A DNA stretch of 64,000 bases from Mobula hypostoma. Taxonomy: Eukaryota. The notes under the pieces were generated by a model, which had not been told where the DNA came from, searched no databases, and saw only the letters and a list, made by a program, of their open reading frames with translations. Below, piece after piece: positions 60,782 to 64,000 of the stretch (position 1 is its first letter; each line of letters begins with the position of its first letter). The translations under genes and the position numbers were made by a program. The stretch is from the NCBI RefSeq assembly GCF_963921235.1, contig NC_086097.1:226240001-226304000 (forward strand). The letters run 5' to 3'.

Positions 60782-61855
60782 TACCATGGTGTAGTAAAAT
60801 TTCACCACACCATTTGTTGTTTGGGCTTGATCAATGTTGATTAGTTTACAAGTTGCATGCTGTATATGCACGAGCATTTCCAACTCAAGTTGCATTTTCT
60901 GCCTTGTTGGAAGGGTACCAGCATATCTGATGTTATTGCTTTCCTGAACTATGAAGACTGGACAGATCTTGTTAATCAGATTCAGATTCAAAATCAGGTT
61001 TAATATCACCAGCAAATGTCACGAAATTTGTTAACTTTGTGGCAGCAGTACAATATATGATAAAGATAGAAAAAAAACTGAATCACATTAAGTATATATG
61101 TATATTAAATCGTTAAATTAGTATAAATAGTGCAAAAACAGAAATAAAAAGTAGTGAGGTAGTATTCATCTTAAAGCTGAAATAATGGCCAACTGTCAAA
61201 CTGGACTCAATGACGCACCTAATGGATCTCGGCCTGAAACCTCAACTCAGGTGCTACCTGATCTGTTGCACTTTCTGTGTATTGCTCTGGATTTCCAGCA
61301 TCTGCAGACTCTGTTGTGTTTAGCATCTGCTGCTCCACTGCAAAGTCTCTGCGATGGAAGCCTACCCTGAAGAAATGTAAGTCTGCTCTTCGATGGGAGC
61401 TCAGTGAAACCCTCTCTCACTGCTTCCCCTCCGTGATCTCTGCTATTCTCCAACTCTTTCACCATGTGCTGATGAAGGGTCTCAGCCTGAAACATCAACT
61501 CTTTATTCCTCTCCATATCTGCTGCCTGACCTGCTAACTTCCTGCAATATTTTCTGTGTGCTGCCCTAATGCTTATGTGAGGCACAAGGGAATGATCAAG
61601 CATTCAGCAAAGCAAAATATCCACAACTACCAGTGACAGCCCTCTTATCCCCATGCATTGCTACTGGAGGGAATGGGTGAGTTGAGAATGTAGTTCATTT
61701 CTACAAAGTGTTAGTTTGATTGAAGTTGTTCTTCCAAACTCCAGAGTCTGCAGGAGATGCAGTACATTGTTTTCCACAGTAATGGAATAGATAGGTTCTT
61801 CATAACTTAAATACCAAACTAGCTATTCTTATTCTGACTTGAGTAATCGGAAGCT

Positions 61856-62190
61856 GTGCACGGTAGCGTAGTGGTAAGCGCAACGTTTTACAGTAGAGGC
61901 AGCTTGGGGATCATTTCCAGCGGCTGCCTGTAAGGAGTTTGTACGTTCTCCCCTTGATGGTGTGGGTTTCCTCCAGGTGCTCTGGTTTCCTCCCACAGTC
62001 CAAAGACGTATCATTTGGAAGGTTAATTGGTTACTGTAAACTGTCCTGTGGTTAGGCTCTGATTAAATCAGGGGTTGCTGGGCGGCGTACCTTGAACGGC
62101 TGGAAGGGCCTATTCTGTGCTGCATCTCAATAAATAAACAAATAAATAAATAGACAAACAGACAAATAAATAAATAAAAACAAAAATAAA
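61856..62190 (+). mobile_element. tRNA-derived V-SINE-like SINE
   Basis: ggtagcgtagtggtaagcg head; gggtttcctccaggtgctctggtttcctcccac motif; (aaat/aaac)n tail. Confidence 0.8.
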
Positions 62191-62194
62191 ACTT

Positions 62195-63975
62195 CACAAA
62201 CAAGAAAAAATCTGCAGATGCTGGAAGTCTCAGCCACAGGCACAAAATGCTGGAGGAACTCAGCAGGCCAGGCAGAATCTATAGAAAAGAATACAATCGA
62301 CGTTTTGGCCAAAACCCTTCAGTAGGACGGGAGCAAAACATCTGAGGAGCAGGTTTAAAAGGTGGGGGGGAGGGAGGGAGAGAAACTCAAGTTGATAGGT
62401 GAAACCTGAAAGGGGAGGGATGAAGTAAAGAGCTGGGAAATTGATTGGTGAAAGAGACAGAAGGCCATAGAAGAAAGAAAAGGGGGAGGAGCACCAGAGG
62501 GAGTCGATGGGTGGGCAAGGTGAGGTGAGAGAGGGAAAAGGGGATGGAGAATAGTGAAGTGGTGGGGGGGGTGGAGGAATTACCAGAAGTTCGCGAAATC
62601 GATGTTCATGCCATCAGGTTGGAGACTACTCAAACGGAATATAAGGTGTTGTTCCTCCAAACTAAGTGTGGCCTTATCTCAACAGTGGAGGAGGCCATGG
62701 ATGGACATATCGGAATGGGAATGGGAAGTGGAATTAAAATGGGTGGCCACTGGGAGAAACCGCTTGTTCAGGCGAACGGAGTGTAGATGCTCGGTGAAGC
62801 GGTCTACCAATCTACGTCCGGTTGCTCCAATATACAGGAGGCCACATCAGGAGCACCAGACACAGGAGATGAACCCAACAGACTCAGAGGTGAAGTGTCG
62901 CTTCGCCTGGAAGGACTGTTTAAGGCCCTGAAAGGTAGTGAGGGAGGAGGTGCAGGGGCAGGTGTAGCACTTGTTCCACTTGCAAGGATAAGTGCCAGGA
63001 GAGAGATCCGTGGGGAGGGACGAATGGACAAGGGGGTTGCGTAGGAAACGATCCCTGTGGAAAGCAGAAAGTGGGGGGGGGAGGAAAGATGCGTTTGGTG
63101 GTGGGATCCCGTTAGCGTGGTGGGAGGATGGGGTAAGAGCAGACGTGCATGAAATGGAAGAGATGTGGTTGAGGGCAGCATTGATACTGGAGGAAGGAAA
63201 GCCCCTTACTTTGAAAAAGGAGGGCATCTCATTCGTTCTAGAATGAAAAGCCTCATCCTGAGAGCAGATGCAGCAGAGATGGAGGAATTGTGAGAAATGG
63301 ATGGCGTTTTTACAAGTAACAGTGGAAACAAGTATAGTCCAGGTATCTGTGAGAGTCTATGTGTTTACAATAGACATTGGTGGATAAGCTGTCTCCGAAG
63401 ATAATAGACAATAGACAATTGGTGCAGGAGTAGGCCATTTGGCCCTTCAAGCCCGCACCGCCATTCACTGTGATCATGGCTGATCATCCACAATCAGTAT
63501 CCAGTTCCTGCCTTCTCCCCATATCCTTTGACTCCACTATCATTAAGAGCTCTATCTAACTCTTTCTTGAAAGCATCTAGAGAATTGGCCTCGACTGCCT
63601 TCTGAGGCAGAGCAGTGAGATCGAGAAAGGGGAGGTAGGTGTCAGAGAGGGCAGGGTGGAAGTTGGAGGCAAAGTGGATGAAGTCAACGAGTTCAACGTG
63701 GGTATAGTCATCGACATAACATAGGAAAAGTGTGGGACAGTCACCAGTGTCAGCTTGGAACATAAATTGTTCCGTGTAACCAACAAACAGGCAGGCATAG
63801 CTGGAGCCCATGTGAGTGCCCATGACTGTACCTTTGTTTGAAGGAAGTGCGAAGAGCTAAGGAGAAATTATTTTGTGTGAGGACAAGTTCCACTAGGCGG
63901 AAGAGAGTAGTGGTAGAGGGGAACTAGTTAAGTCTGTGTCCAGAGAAAAATGGAGAGTTTGAGGCCTTCCTGGTA
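62195..63975 (-). mobile_element. Decayed Penelope-like element (RT plus GIY-YIG endonuclease plus pLTR), with a CR1 insert at about 63400-63615
   Basis: MGTHMGSSYACLFVG...YVDD; CYTC...RHFTSES..ISCVWCS.CGLLYIG.TGRRLVDRFTEH...VATHFN. Confidence 0.85.
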
Positions 63976-64000
63976 GGGCAGTGGTCCCCAACCACTGGAC

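Noticed and set aside
63979..64000. Start of a hAT-like MITE (cagtggtccccaacc)
   Set aside because: Cut by the window edge; the second TIR and the TSD cannot be seen

Overview
This is a eukaryotic, vertebrate-type intronic or intergenic window made mostly of transposable elements. The repeat families present (CR1 with esterase ORF1, Rex1/Babar, Penelope-like pLTRs, V-SINE-like SINEs, Gypsy) suggest a cartilaginous fish, probably a ray; that assignment is inference. I found no host protein-coding exon, rRNA, tRNA gene or CRISPR array that I can support. Main elements: (1) a 3'-truncated Gmr1-like Gypsy with SCAN-like Gag and a deleted, patchwork pol in IN-RT-RH order (3631-7665); (2) a full-length 4.35-kb Gypsy with both LTRs, a 4-bp TSD and an uninterrupted 1088-codon pol (13886-18231, minus); (3) a decayed Mag-like Gypsy (28075-32105); (4) a near full-length CR1 (37690-41977); (5) a four-level nest of CR1 > solo LTR > Tigger/pogo > Penelope and Rex1 pieces (43290-48920); (6) a solo LTR carrying VNTRs (53041-54355); (7) a decayed Penelope-like element (62195-63975). 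The most notable signals are about ten dispersed Penelope-type terminal repeats with minimal hammerhead-ribozyme motifs (three with intact cores, two inserted as TSD-flanked fold-back hairpins), an apparent gag-pol frame fusion next to a retained -1 slippery heptamer, and two families of non-coding AAGATGGC-headed retroposons. Family names come from motif recognition, not database searches. Boundaries of old fragments are approximate, to within tens of bp.
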